DNA of 63,998 nucleotides, the filler included, from Streblomastix strix (taxonomy: Eukaryota), in assembly GCA_008636045.1 (NCBI GenBank). It is 4 parts of 4 records of this genome, joined end to end, with 100 filler letters (N's around TTAATTAATTAA, not from the genome) between each part and the next. Parts side by side here need not be neighbours in the genome. Positions count along the whole stretch, not along the records: positions 1 to 15,986 come from SNRW01000892.1; positions 16,087 to 32,064 come from SNRW01000893.1; 2 more parts are not named here. The stretch is one strand, 5' to 3'. The notes under the pieces were generated by a model. The model saw only the letters and a list, made by a program, of their open reading frames with translations, ran no database searches and was not told the DNA's origin. The position numbers were made by a program, and so were the translations under genes. Shown here piece by piece: positions 14,250-26,953 of this stretch. Numbering within the stretch: position 1 is the stretch's first letter; each line of letters starts with the position of its first letter.

Positions 14250-15986
14250 TCATAAGACGGATTGCAGAAGTTCAAGTTTTCTTTTCATCGTATTTTCAGC
14301 CTGCTCCTTATCTTCAACGTTGTCTTTCAGCCATGATAATGCTTCATTATTCCATTCAATTACATTTGCTGGATTTAATACCCAATGATTTTCAGATGGG
14401 AAAAATACAAGACGTGATTTAACGCCCAATCTCTGAAGCACAGTAAATGCTCCAAATCCTTATCCTCTTGAACATCTAAAGTCTCTACCTCCTTGAAATG
14501 TGAGTTGGGGTGTATGAATCTTTTCAAGGCGAAGGCCCGACTATTTTGTTGGTGAATGTTTGTCTTCAGCACTTCGATCTGTCCATGCAGACGATCCATG
14601 CTCCTCATGAATGAAGAATAAAATATCTGATTCAAAGGCTGATTGTGCAACATCAAACACTGGATCATGACAAACAATACAAACGAATGGGTTCTTCTCC
14701 AACGTTTCTTACATCTGAATAAGATTCATCATATAACCTCCAAAAGATCCACCCATGGCTGCTGTTCTGTTTTCATCTAGATACTCATAATTCTAAAGTA
14801 CTTTTTTCCTTGCAGAAATTACATCATCAAGTGCAATTCCACTCCAATTTCCTAAAATTGCTTTTTAAAATTTCGATCCGTAGGATGTTGAGCCATGAAT
14901 ATCTGGAAGAAGCAATGCAAAACCAGCTTAAGCAAAGATCTGTGGATTCCATCTGTCATTCCATTCATTGTTCCAACTACTTTCTGGACCACCATGAACC
15001 CATACAACAAGTGGAACTGAGGCTTTTTGAGTTGGTTGATTTCCTGCAGGAGGGAAAAATCTACAGTGAATACTACTTCCATCAACACTAGCAACTTCAA
15101 GTTCATTGGGAGTTTAAAGCTAATATGTTAATGAAGAGAATGCTTCATGATTAACATCTGTAAGTTTCTTTTCATTAATTAAAGCTTTAGTTTCAGCGTC
15201 AAACCAATTAATTGCATAAATATTTGGAGTATCAATAAAACTTGAACGAAGATAGATCAATGTTGTTGAATTCAGAAGTTTTACAGAACTTGCAGATGAT
15301 TCTAAAGGAAAGGCTTAACTCCTTTTTCCAGAAATAACATCAATACTGAATATTCGATCTAAAAATTAATTAAATTAATGTTAGAATAAATGATAAATAT
15401 ATAAAAAAATTAAAAATGCCTTGAGCAAAGACTTCAGCAATTACAAAGAGTTTATCGCTAGCATGTGAACTCCAATGCAAACTTTCTGGTGAAGAATCCC
15501 AATCTTTGCAAAGAATTCTCTGTTCACGTGTGTAGAAATCATAAATAGTAATTTTCATTATTCCTTTGTAATCAATATCGCTCTCTGTTGCTAAATACGC
15601 TAAAAAGCGTCCTGAAGGTGAAAATATTGGCATTGCATGTATTCCTCGCTGTCCGTTTGTTAGGCACAGCTATGGTTGTACGGTATTGTTCTTTTAATTA
15701 TGAATATTTCTTTCATCTTTTAATCCAAATTATGAAATTTCGGGGATTTAATAAATATAAATGTGCATTCGAACGCTTTGAGCTTGAACTTCCCTCGATT
15801 ATGTAGCATAAGCAATAACATCATCATTTGGAGAAACTGAAAAAGAATCTGAATTTCCATAAGGCTTGAATGGGCAGTCACCCAAAAAGCTACCCATAAC
15901 ATCAATGGCATCCGAATCCATTTAATATCCACCTTTTGAATAATTTACTCTTGTATAAAGTAGATGCGAAACTTTACTCTACAATT
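14250..15986 (-). CDS. S9-family serine peptidase (dipeptidyl-peptidase 5 / acylaminoacyl-peptidase-like), 5'-truncated
   Basis: VWVHGGPESSW..RWNPQIF, HGSTSYG, nucleophile MGGSFGGYM, QGGRDFRC, FPSENHWVLNP. Beta-propeller FSPSGRFLAY upstream. One 61-nt intron at 15359-15419. Confidence 0.93.
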
Positions 15987-16086
15987 NNNNNNNNNNNNNN
16001 NNNNNNNNNNNNNNNNNNNNNNNNNNNNNNTTAATTAATTAANNNNNNNNNNNNNNNNNNNNNNNNNNNNNNNNNNNNNNNNNNNN
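15987..16086. other. Artificial linker between fragments
   Basis: 100 bp of N around TTAATTAATTAA, identical to the other two linkers. Confidence 0.99.
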
Positions 16087-18180
16087 GAAGATTAAATAAG
16101 GGTAACTGAGAAGAAGCATTAAGAATTGGATGGAGTGGGTAAAGAAGGGGAGAAGGGTTAAGGTGAAAACGATTGCAGCAATTTAAGGGGAGCTGAACTT
16201 TTTGAGGACTTAATTCGTGGATGCGTCTTTACACATGAATGCGATTAATAAGTTAAAGACAAAGGCGGTGAAGGAAGTAGGTTGGAATGGGAAGTATTGT
16301 GTAACGAGGAGAATTAGGGGCGATTTGGTATGGTGGAAGAAGAAGGTCAAAGAGAATTAGCCTTACAGGTTCGAGTAACCGGTGGTGAGTTGGGTGTTAA
16401 CAACGGATGCGAGTTAATAGGGTTGGGGAGCGGTAATTTAGGAAGTCTAGGAGATGGATTAGGTGCCTTGGGTAGCGGAGGGAGTTTGGTGCAAGACAAT
16501 GAGTCAAGCGAGTTCTAATAGGCGGGAGTTAACGGCGGTGTTGAGGGCGATGGAAAGGTTTTCTTCGATGCTGGTAGGTAGAAGGACGTTGTTGATTTAG
16601 ACGGACAATGTAGTGGTGGAGTATGCGATCAGGCGTTGGAGGGCAAGAAGGGAGATGCTCGGAATAGCTAGAAGGATTAGGACTTTATAGGAGGGCTTGG
16701 GAATAGAGCTCTTGACGAGGCATATACCTGGGTTAGAAAACCAGATGGCAGATTAGTTAAGCAGATTGGAGAGAAGTGGGGATTACTCAATAGATCAACA
16801 AGTTCTAGATCGAGCGTTGGAGGAACTGGGGTTGAAAGTGTGGATAGACGGCTTCGCGATTAGATCGAATAAGCGCCTGAGGGCATATTGTAGTCCGTCA
16901 CCGGATAGAGGAGCTCTAGCAGTGAATGTTTTTAGCCTAACGTGGACGGATTTAAACCTTTATCTACATCCTCCAATCGAGAAGATAATGAAGACGTTAG
17001 CAAAAGTGGAGAAGGACAGAGCGCAGGCGGTGATTGTGGTTCCGATGTGGAGAGGGCAGTTGTGGACGAGTCTTCTGAATCGGATGTCAGTGAAGAGAGT
17101 GGACCTGGGATTGGCAGAGTAGATTCTGAAACCGGGAAAGTAGATGGCAGATAATCCGCTAGTGAAGTTACCACCAGGAAGAATGGAAGCGCATCTAGTG
17201 ATAAGCACAGTAAGGGAGAGGACCTCTTCAGGTAAATGGCTGGGTTCATAGGATTAGATGATGATACAGTAGTGAATTTAATAGGAAGTTTGAGTGGGGA
17301 AACGTGGAGAAAGAGACGAGCTGGTTTGCATTTGTTTGGCTAATATGTAGAAGAACGAGGTCTGAAATTGGAGGAATTATTGGGAAAGAAGGCAGATGTG
17401 GTGTTAGCGAATGCACTAACGTGGAGATCAGCGAAGGGTGGTTTGAAGGTGAAAGAAGAGCTTAGGAAGATTAGAACTCATGCTGGGATGGCATTGGGAA
17501 TGTTTGCGAGTAGTGGAAACGTGTTACAGGCACCGATAGTAGTGGCAGTGGCAAGGAATTTGGAATTGGAAAGAGGAGGTAATGCTAAATAACCAACTGT
17601 ATGGAATATAGGTAGATTATTCAATCATATTCGGGAAACTGGGTTAGGAAAGGGTAGGGTCCTTATGCGATAGGCAATGGCGTTGGTTGTTGCATTCTCT
17701 GGTTGTAGAATGACAGAGTTGGCGGCAATGAAAAGGCAGGACATTTAATAAACGGAAGATAGGACAATCATACATACAAAGATAAGGAAAGGTAAGAAGG
17801 TTAAGGAGTTTAATATTAGGTTATTGAAAAGGGATGATATATGCTGTGCGCATGGAGCTTTGAAGTTGTGGCTGATGGATAGTCATTCTGGGAAGAATGA
17901 GGAGGAGAGTATATGGTGGGACTTTGCACGTAATCGTGTTTTGGGTAGTATAGGATGCAGTAGTGAGCTGAAGGAGTTGATTGTGTAGGCAGGAGTGGAT
18001 GATGATTTTGGTGGAAATACGATTAGGCATTCGATGATGACAAAGTTGAGGTAGGAAGGGGCTTCGCTGGAGTAAGTGAATGAGTTTACGAGACACGCAC
18101 CGGGGTCGAGTGTGGTTGATAGGTTCTATAACAAACCGGAAAAGGCTGAAGATTTGGGGAACTTACTATTGAAGGAATGA
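16087..18180 (+). CDS. DIRS tyrosine recombinase ORF (catalytic domain ~17236-18180; frame open upstream, overlapping pol)
   Basis: SGCRMTEL (Arg), NTIRHS, FTRHAPGS, RFYNK (Tyr). No TGA in frame 1 from 16087 to 18177. Confidence 0.9.
16088..17275 (+). CDS. DIRS pol C-terminus: RT connection, RNase H and Dam-like methyltransferase domain
   Basis: LTTDASQQGWGA, SSNRRELTAV, IQTDN, HIPGLENQMADQLSR, then IDGFA..N, NVFSLTW, LYLHPPI, VVPMWRGQLW. Confidence 0.92.
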
Positions 18181-19076
18181 GGTTTGTTTATATATCGGTT
18201 GGGGATGTTGATAGTGTTTGAATGGATGTTTAATAATATATACGGTTGGTGATGGGTTGGTGAAGTAAATGAGGGGCGGAGTGTTATGATGGTGAGTGGT
18301 GGAATGAGGAATGATGGAGGTTGTGGATAATTGGGTGGGAAAATGGTTGTGGATTTGAGAGTTGTTCCATGGTCAACCCATATTGAATGATATATATCCA
18401 ATAAAACAGTGCTGGGTTGATGGTGACTGGTTTGGATCAAACCCACTTGTTGGGTTTGAAACCGAACCAGAACCAATCAACCACAGCACTGTGTTTTGAC
18501 GAAACTTAAAGTTTCAAGCGCATACCGAATATAAATGAGGAAAGGGGTTGGTGGGTTGGTAAGTTTATTATTAATACATATGTATATATATATAACCACA
18601 ACACGCAAATCAGAGCACCATGTCTGGACATATGGGGTTGTCGTTGGACGGGTTAGCTCATGATGGAATGATATCATACGTAGTGGTTGGTATTTTGGTC
18701 ACATCACTCAGTTTGTATTTTTCGAGGATCTGGCCCATTTCATACGTATATCCAATAAAACAGTGCTGTGGTTGATTGGTTCTGGTTCGGTTTCAGACAC
18801 ATTTACTCAAATCTGAATTCGTCTGATAGTATTAATTATAATTTCAATTATAATTATTTAATCTTACCATTTTTTTCTTAATTCATTTATAATCTTAAAG
18901 TCTGTGAGATTACTTCTTTGTTCACAAAGAGAAATAATTTGGTTTCAAAGAACTTGTTTCAATTAGTTTATTTTCATCAATAACTGTGAAATCCATCTTC
19001 GCTTCTAATAATAGATATAAAATAGAAATTTGATATTATTTTCAATTATAATCAATTTATTATTTATTTTTCTTAG

Positions 19077-21350
19077 GAATTACCAAATGAAATTTGATTA
19101 CCAATAAAACTTGGTAAATAACATATTTATTCTTATGAATAATTGAATTATCCTCAATGTTTAAATATATTTGAGAATATTACAGGATCCAATTCAAATA
19201 ATCTACTTATTGGATAATATGAAATAAATTTAATAATATATGCAAATAAATCTTAGATTCAATCTCAGAATTAATAATTATAATAATTTACTCCAATTTC
19301 ATAGTAATCTTCATCACGAAGTCGATCTGGAAGTGCATATGCAATTAAATCATCATGAAACTTAAATAATTCAAAATCAACTCAAATATTTGAATAAAAA
19401 TAAATTCAATCATAAACATCAAGAAAAAATCAATCATAAAATAATAATAAATAAAATATTTAAAATAAATAAAAATAAAATTAGAAATAAATTATCAATA
19501 ATTAAAACAGATCATAATCAGTTGATTCTCATATATATTAATCTTATTCTCCATTTCAAAATTAATAAGAAACAATTTCATTATTATAATAATAAGATAG
19601 AATTCATCCTCCTCCAAAATAAATAATTCTATTTATTCTTTCTGATGCAATAGGTTAATTATATAATATTGAATTAATATATAAATAATAATAAAAATCA
19701 GAATAAAATCAGATATTAAATCTTTATCTTAATCATTTTATATTAATTCAATATTATTTGATAAAATTGAATCGAATAAATCTTATTCATGTTTGAAGAA
19801 TCGAGTTGATAAATGGATATTTGAATTAAATAATTATAACTAAAATTAATAAAAAGAAAACCCAGTCGCAAGCTCATGGTTTCTACCTGGACCAGAGGAT
19901 CTATAAGTTACAGCATCATTTATTGAATACAGACCGAACTAATGTTTCAGATCCTCGAAAATCTCTAAACAGGAGCCCCATTCGCCCGAGTACTCTCAAA
20001 TGTTGATGGTATCTGGTGCATCTTAAGGGGAGTGATGTTTCTTCAAGTCAAGCTGATGAAAGTGGAGTGACACAACCGATGGAACCTGAAATCAGTGGCG
20101 GGGCGAATGACGCGAGTTAGTCATTGGATTCAATCATACATGGGTACGGATTTAAATTACTCTTCTTTCTTCATCTTCTTCTGTTGCATAATCTCCTTCA
20201 TAATTATCTCGTTATTGACTATCTGCTTCTAATATTATTCATTATTAATATGATTCATAATAATGTTAATCATAATAACAACACATTTATTGGAGATTAA
20301 TTCAGTTTAGAATTGAATAATTAGAATGCAAATAAAATACCTAATCTGAATACTTAAATTAGCCCAAACAATTAATCTAACAAGAATATCCAAAATCTAT
20401 CAAAAATATCCACAATTAGAATCAACTCTATTTGGAAATGGGAATAACTTAGTCCAAATGAATAATAAAGATCTGAGAATGGCTGGTTATGATGGTCTAA
20501 CACATCCTGTTAGTGAAGAATGGAGGATTGTTGATTCTAATTGTGATGAAGCAAAATCATATTTAGAAGAATAAGATTAGAATCAATAATAATAAAATAA
20601 AAATAATAAAAAATAATAAGGTTATGAATATGAATATAATCAGGAATATTCACTGAAGCTTATCACTGAAATTTAAAAAGTTTTGAATCAACTTGGAAAA
20701 GAAATTAAGGATAAGAAAAATAAATGAAATGAAATTAGATCAAATAAAGGGGAAGAGTAAGATGATAATGATGATGAAGAAGAATATAATAATAATACAA
20801 ACAAATGATGGTGATGATGAATAAGAAGCTGATTCTGCAGATTATATGATCATATTTAGAATTGAAGATAATTAGAAGAATAGAAATGCTGATGTGAATC
20901 AGGAGTAGTTCATTTGATAGTAAAGATAAAGTTTGAGATAAAAGAATATAATAGAAAGAGAATATAGAATAATCAGAATAATAAAAAGAACTCAATTAAG
21001 GAAATATTTTCAATTCCCCAGAAAATGATCCTGAATATGCGTTAATATTGAATGAAATGAAAGGACCGATAATTAGTGATGAAACATCTCATAAAGAAGA
21101 ATAAGAATGATAATGAGAATATGAATGTGAGAAAAGTGGATTAGATTCAGGAGTAGATTTTGTTGAATTTGATGAAGAATGATTCAAATGATGATAATGA
21201 AAATTATTAGATCAATAATGTTGATATGAAAGTTTATGGATAATATTTAGATAAAGAAAATGAATAAGAATAAATAGATGAAGAATATTAATAATTTTCT
21301 ATTGATATATACAACGCAACTCTAAATGTGAAGATGAATTATGAAGATTG
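19077..21350 (+). pseudogene. Degraded Q/N/E-rich hypothetical gene
   Basis: Long codon-periodic Q/N/E/D stretches interrupted by frameshifts and several TGA. No recognisable domain. Confidence 0.35.
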
Positions 21351-21815
21351 AAAGATTAATGATAGAAAATAAAATATTTAACATAAAAATAATGGAATGT
21401 TTAATTTTCGAAATAAAAAACGCAAATCAAACCAGATTAATTTCAGAACATAGACAAATCTTTGTTTGTTTAAGTGATAAATCCACTTTTTGAAATAAAA
21501 TCGGAATTAAAATATATAAATAGGGCAAAGTTGATAAGAAAGTAGAAACAAAAAAAGAAGAAGACTAAGAAATAATTTGATTTTTTTTAATTTTTGTTCC
21601 ATGACTGTAGTAGAAATAAATAGTTTAAATTAAATTATAAAAAATTAATATTTGTAACTCATTATTATTTATTTATTTTAACAATATACATTGCCGAGTG
21701 TATTAAACTTATATATCAAATGAATTGATACTTTAATAAAACTTCAGTATTAATCTTCATCTTAATTGTCTATCTAAATTATTCATAATTATTTTTAAGC
21801 TAACTCTTACTTTTA

Positions 21816-24800
21816 TCATTTCTTATATTCTTTTTCTGATTCTTCCAATTATTCTTATTCTTTCTCTTATTCTTATTCTTTCTCTTATTCTTTCTCTATT
21901 TCTTGATCTTATTCTTATTCCTTCTCTTATTCTGTCTAATATTCTTTCTCTAATTCTTATTCTTTCTCTTATTTTTTCTCTAATTCTTGATCTTATTCTT
22001 ATTCCTTCTCTTATTCTGTCTAATATTCTTTCTCTAATTCTTATTCTTTCTCTTATTCTTATTCTTTCAATTATTCTTTTTCTAATTCTTATTTTTTTTC
22101 TTATTTTTCTTCTTATTCTTTCTCTTATTCTTTCTATTAATATTTTTCTAATTCTTTTGATTATTCTTTCTTTTATTCTTTCTTTTATTTTTATTATTAT
22201 TCTTTCTTTTATTCTTTTGATTATTCTTTCTCTTATTCTAATTCTTATTATTTCCTTTATTCTTTTTATTATTCTTTCTGTTATTGTTTATTTTACTTAT
22301 ATTTTTATCTTTTCTCTTAATCTTATTCATTCTATTATTTTTTATCTTATTATTAATTAATTATATCAAATACTTTTTCTTTTGCTTTCTCACTCTATAA
22401 TTCTGATTTTTTTGAAAATGAAATAGTATATTCAAGCATTTCATTCTCATTCATTTCCGAATTTTATTCTTTTTATTAATTTTCTTTTTAATTTTATTTT
22501 TCTTATATTGATTATTATATTGCATTATTTATCATTTCTTCTTCATTCATTAAATTATCATTTTCCTTTTCTATTTTTTCTTCATTTTATTATAATGATA
22601 TTTTTGATAGAATTTATCTGATTTTATTTGTTTTTATTTCATTTTCTATTTTTTATTTATTTTGATTATATTCATTAATTTCTTTAAGAAATAACTTTGC
22701 ATATTCAGATATTTCTTCATCTTAGATGTTTGAAAGTTATACAATTCTATTAATTGATATTTCTTTATTTATCAATTCTTTTGTTTCTTTTGATCCTAAT
22801 TCAAATATATTATTGAGAAAATCAAGAATTAAAAAAAAAAAGCCTTATTTTTATTTATTAAGAATATTATTAATTACTTTCAGAAATCCATTTGCAAGAA
22901 TTAATTCATGATTTTCTTAATTATAAGCTAGAATTCCTAATGAGGATAATGAAAATTTCAAAAGTTATCGATTATTACTTTGTGTTGCTTCTTTAATACA
23001 ATTAAATACTTCAGATGCAAATTCAGTTGGAAGTGGAGTTTTATAATATAAAAATCCAATTAAATATGCTACAAATCCATTAATTTATTTATCTTCATAT
23101 TAATCATTGTGAAATATTTCAAGTAGTTTTCCAAATGATCCATTCGATTTCATTTCTTCTCTAAATGGAAGATGATTGTTTTAATAATCTCTGATAGCGA
23201 TTAATCTAAGAAATAAAGAATTGTTTAATAAATTAAATTATAATAATATTTCATTTTAACAATTAAGAAATTTCTTTATCCATTTCAATATTTCTTCTCG
23301 AAAATGAGGATTTTATTCGATTTATGAATTTGATTCAATGCATTCTTCAATTTCTTCATAGTAAATTGGTAATATTCTCTCTATTGGAAATATATTCATG
23401 ATATGTAAGATAATATCAATAATTCCAAGTTATTCTGCATTGATGCAATTTTATTTGTTTCTTTTAAGGAGTTTTAACAAATTCACACAAACAACATCAC
23501 GTTCAAGAAATGATAAATTAGAAAAGATTTCAAATTTCTCTTCGATTTCTTCAAGATTCATATTCAATTCAAGTAAATCTCTCTCAGCTTATAATTATTC
23601 TTCTGTTGCAATATATGATAATGAAGCTGATTTTGAATTGATTTAAGGAATTGAATGCGCATGAAAACTATAAATTGATTATTCATTTTGATCTTGAAGG
23701 TTTAAATTTTTAGACTATGATTAAGATTAATCAATTATGGTAGTTTATGAATATGAGATTGAACTATTTAGAGAAGATGATTATAAAGATTATTATTCTT
23801 AACGAGATTCAAATTCTAAATTTTATTCAATTTATTAATCCAATTTAGATTATGAAATTTATTATTAACTTTATTCATTATTGCCATCATTTTGAAGAGA
23901 TATCAATTTTGCAAGTTTCATCATTTCATCTTCATTATCATACTCATCAAGTTTATATACTGTTTATATATCTTCAGATTAAGTTTCTTCTTATTTTATA
24001 TTATTCAATTGTTTTGGTTGATTACGATGAATATAATTGAGAATGAATTATTTAATTACAGATTCAGAAACAATGAAAGTTGGATCTTTATCAAATTATG
24101 TTATGGATGAATCTCCTTCTAATTCAGCAACAGCAGCTAATGATGCAAGATCTTATTGCTCTTTTGAAATATCAGAAAGTGCTTCAGGTAACGTGAAATA
24201 TGGATGTTGAAGTGCTTCAGCAGCTGTAATTCTTTTATTTGGATCAAACTCCAATAATTTTGAAAGAAGATCCCAAAGAAGATTATCTTTTATTTCTGAT
24301 GGTCTCTTTATACATTTCAATTGTGCCATCTTTCTATATTATTATAAATAATTTAAAAATATAAAAGATTAATTAATTCAAACTTTCTTTATTCTTTGAA
24401 GTTTCTTTCATTCACAGGATATTTATGAGTGATAAGTTTGTAGAATGTGATTCCAAGAGCATAAATATCCACTTTCTGAGTTATAATAGGATTCTCATGG
24501 AATTGTTCTGGTGACTGAAAAAAAATCAAAAATTAATAATAAAATTTATTAAATATTATTATCAAATACCATAAATGGAATTGTCCTAAAAAGAAGAAGA
24601 ATTTAAAAATTTAAATTAATAAATTAATCAAACCCAGCGAAATATGTCTGTTTATTATTTAAATCTACTTTCTTTGCAAATCCAAAATCTGAAATCTTAG
24701 CATGAACACGCCCAGATCCAGGTGGACTGTGAAGTAGGATATTATCACATTTGATATCTCTATATAAATAAATAAAGATAATAAAAGTAAATTTAAATAA

Positions 24801-25565
24801 AAATAGTAAATGAATAAACCGATGGACAAGACCAGAAGAGTGAAATGCTCTCATTCCTTCAACTATAATAAATTAAAATAAAATAAATTTGAATTGAAAA
24901 TATTAATTTATACGAATTTATTTCATCAGAGCTTTAAGCGTATATGTTGGAAGTGGAATATCTGATTATTTCGCAATGATATCAAGAGTCTAAATAAAAA
25001 AATAAATAAAATAAAATAAAATTATGTCAAACCATCATGTTGGCATATTCCATCACCAATTATGGATATTATTCCCAATCGATATATCCCAAATATTTTA
25101 TTACAAAAATACTTTAAATTTTATTTCTATTTCAAATGAAATCATAATAAAAATATTAAATAAAAAATAATAATAAACAATAATAATTTTCCAGCTTCTA
25201 ATTCCTAATTATCATATTTTTCTTTTTGAAAAATCTTCACAGCAATAATTTTATTAGCATCATAATTATAAGCAAGAAAGACACTGTAGAAAAACAAATT
25301 AAAGAAGAAAAAATATGCTATTATTATAAATCAAATTATTTATCAAACCATCCAAAAGATCCTTCTCCTATCAAAATAAAAATTCGTATAATTAATTCGT
25401 TATAAGTAGAAATATGATAAATACCAAGTTTACGTATCAGCTAATATAAAATATCATTTTTTTTTAATTTCAATCAAATTGATAGAATAATAATTAGTAA
25501 AAATGTAAATAATAAAAGAATCATACTAAATATCTATTAAATCTCAGAAAATCCCAGAAATTCAT
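21816..25565 (-). CDS. Ser/Thr protein kinase fused to a Q/S linker, an ARM-like domain and an E/Q/K coiled-coil tail
   Basis: [69 protein letters not shown]-like [19 protein letters not shown]. Many short introns. First in-frame TGA after the E/Q tail is at 21816-21818. Confidence 0.88.
21901..22057. repeat. 84-bp tandem duplication in the E/Q tail of the kinase
   Basis: tcttgatcttattcttattccttctcttattctgtctaatattctttctctaattcttattctttctcttatt occurs at 21901 and 21985. Confidence 0.85.
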
Positions 25566-26089
25566 TGCTGTTTGTAACGAAATTTTAACAAAAAATATGA
25601 AATAAAAAAAAAAAAATAAACAAAATGTTAATTAATAATAATAATTTATCAAATATATTTTATTAATGATTTATGCTCATAATTAAATAAGAAATAAAGG
25701 AAAATAAAATTATATAAATAACTATAAGAGTGCAATTTGTCGTTTTTAATAAATGAAATCATTGAGCATATTTTTGTTTAATTAGAGTATGAGTGTAAAT
25801 TTTTATTATTTAACTGTAAACATAAGCACAATTAATATACAATTAAATTTATTATTTCTAGAAATAATACTTGTTTGTGCGATAAATATAGATTGAAAAT
25901 AAATTACATTATTACACTTTATACAAAAATAAGTTATTTTTGAATTTTTAAAATTTTTACATATTTTTAGCTATAGTCTAGCTTTCGAAAATATTTACAA
26001 AATATGCATTCACGATAAGATCAACAGAGCAGTCTGAAACTTCGAATGTAAATTAGTACAAATTCAATGCATGTTTGCTCATAGTTTGT

Positions 26090-26290
26090 AAATATTAATT
26101 TATATCAATTTGCCCATGATTATTGAATCGATTTGACAAATTGATTTTATTTAATATGATTTTAAACTTACGGCAACCAATCTTCTCCAAACCTATAGAA
26201 TAAACATAATAGAAAGCATTAATCCACAACACTAATATTAAGCTTGAATAAATAAGCATTTATCCCTCAAACGTATCGTATAAACGTATT
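26090..26290 (-). pseudogene. Decayed fragment homologous to the ARM-domain gene at 51439-52100
   Basis: DNA similarity: tacggcaaccaatcttctccaaac...gaaagcattaatc here versus tacggcagccaatcttcctccaaac...gaaagcattaatc at ~51926-51979. Confidence 0.6.
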
Positions 26291-26953
26291 GGAAAGCTTT
26301 CATCATAAAAATTAACGCAACGATAAATCTTGTGGATTAATTATATGTATTATCATATATATGAACTGTAACGATTATTCAAGCGCATGTTACTAATTTA
26401 TAATTAAAAAATATAAAAAATTAACCAATAAAGTTGGTATTTTTAAAAAATTTTGTAAAGCAGCATGCATGATTGTTTGCTCCTGTTAATATTTATAAAA
26501 AATGTGTTTGAGTAATAAATCAAAGATGTACTGAATAAAAATTTACGTTTTTCGATTAGAGCAGTTTTTCTACGTTACACTTATGGGTCGATGAAAAATC
26601 TGTTCGCTTATTTGAATGATTTTATAAATAAAATAAATATAAAATTAAATTATATAATTTATAGATGATAAAGCGTTCAAAGTTGATATAATAAAATTAG
26701 TGGATTTCATTAAAAATTTGAATTTTGTATTTAAAAAGTAATTCACCTTAAATAATTTGCAGGAATAATTTGAAAATAAATCTATTTCTTAATGGTATAA
26801 GATTTATCTTGATATTTTTTAAAAGTATCATGCAGAATGAATAAAGTAGAACGTTAAGCCTTAAAAACCAATGGTTTAACAGGATCCATAAAGAATTAAG
26901 ATTCCATTTAGAAGTAAAGTTATAGATAAAACCATATAGTGTGAGATAATAAA

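Larger units (their letters stand above)
16087..18795 (+). mobile_element. DIRS-type tyrosine-recombinase retrotransposon, 3' half
   Basis: RNase H, methyltransferase-like and YR coding regions. Internal complementary region 18393-18491; its right 35 bp (18457-18491) is the exact reverse complement of the terminus 18761-18795. Confidence 0.93.

Noticed and set aside
15987..16086. Palindromic TTAATTAATTAA within N runs, three times
   Set aside because: Identical 100-bp artificial spacers. Adjacency across them has no biological meaning.
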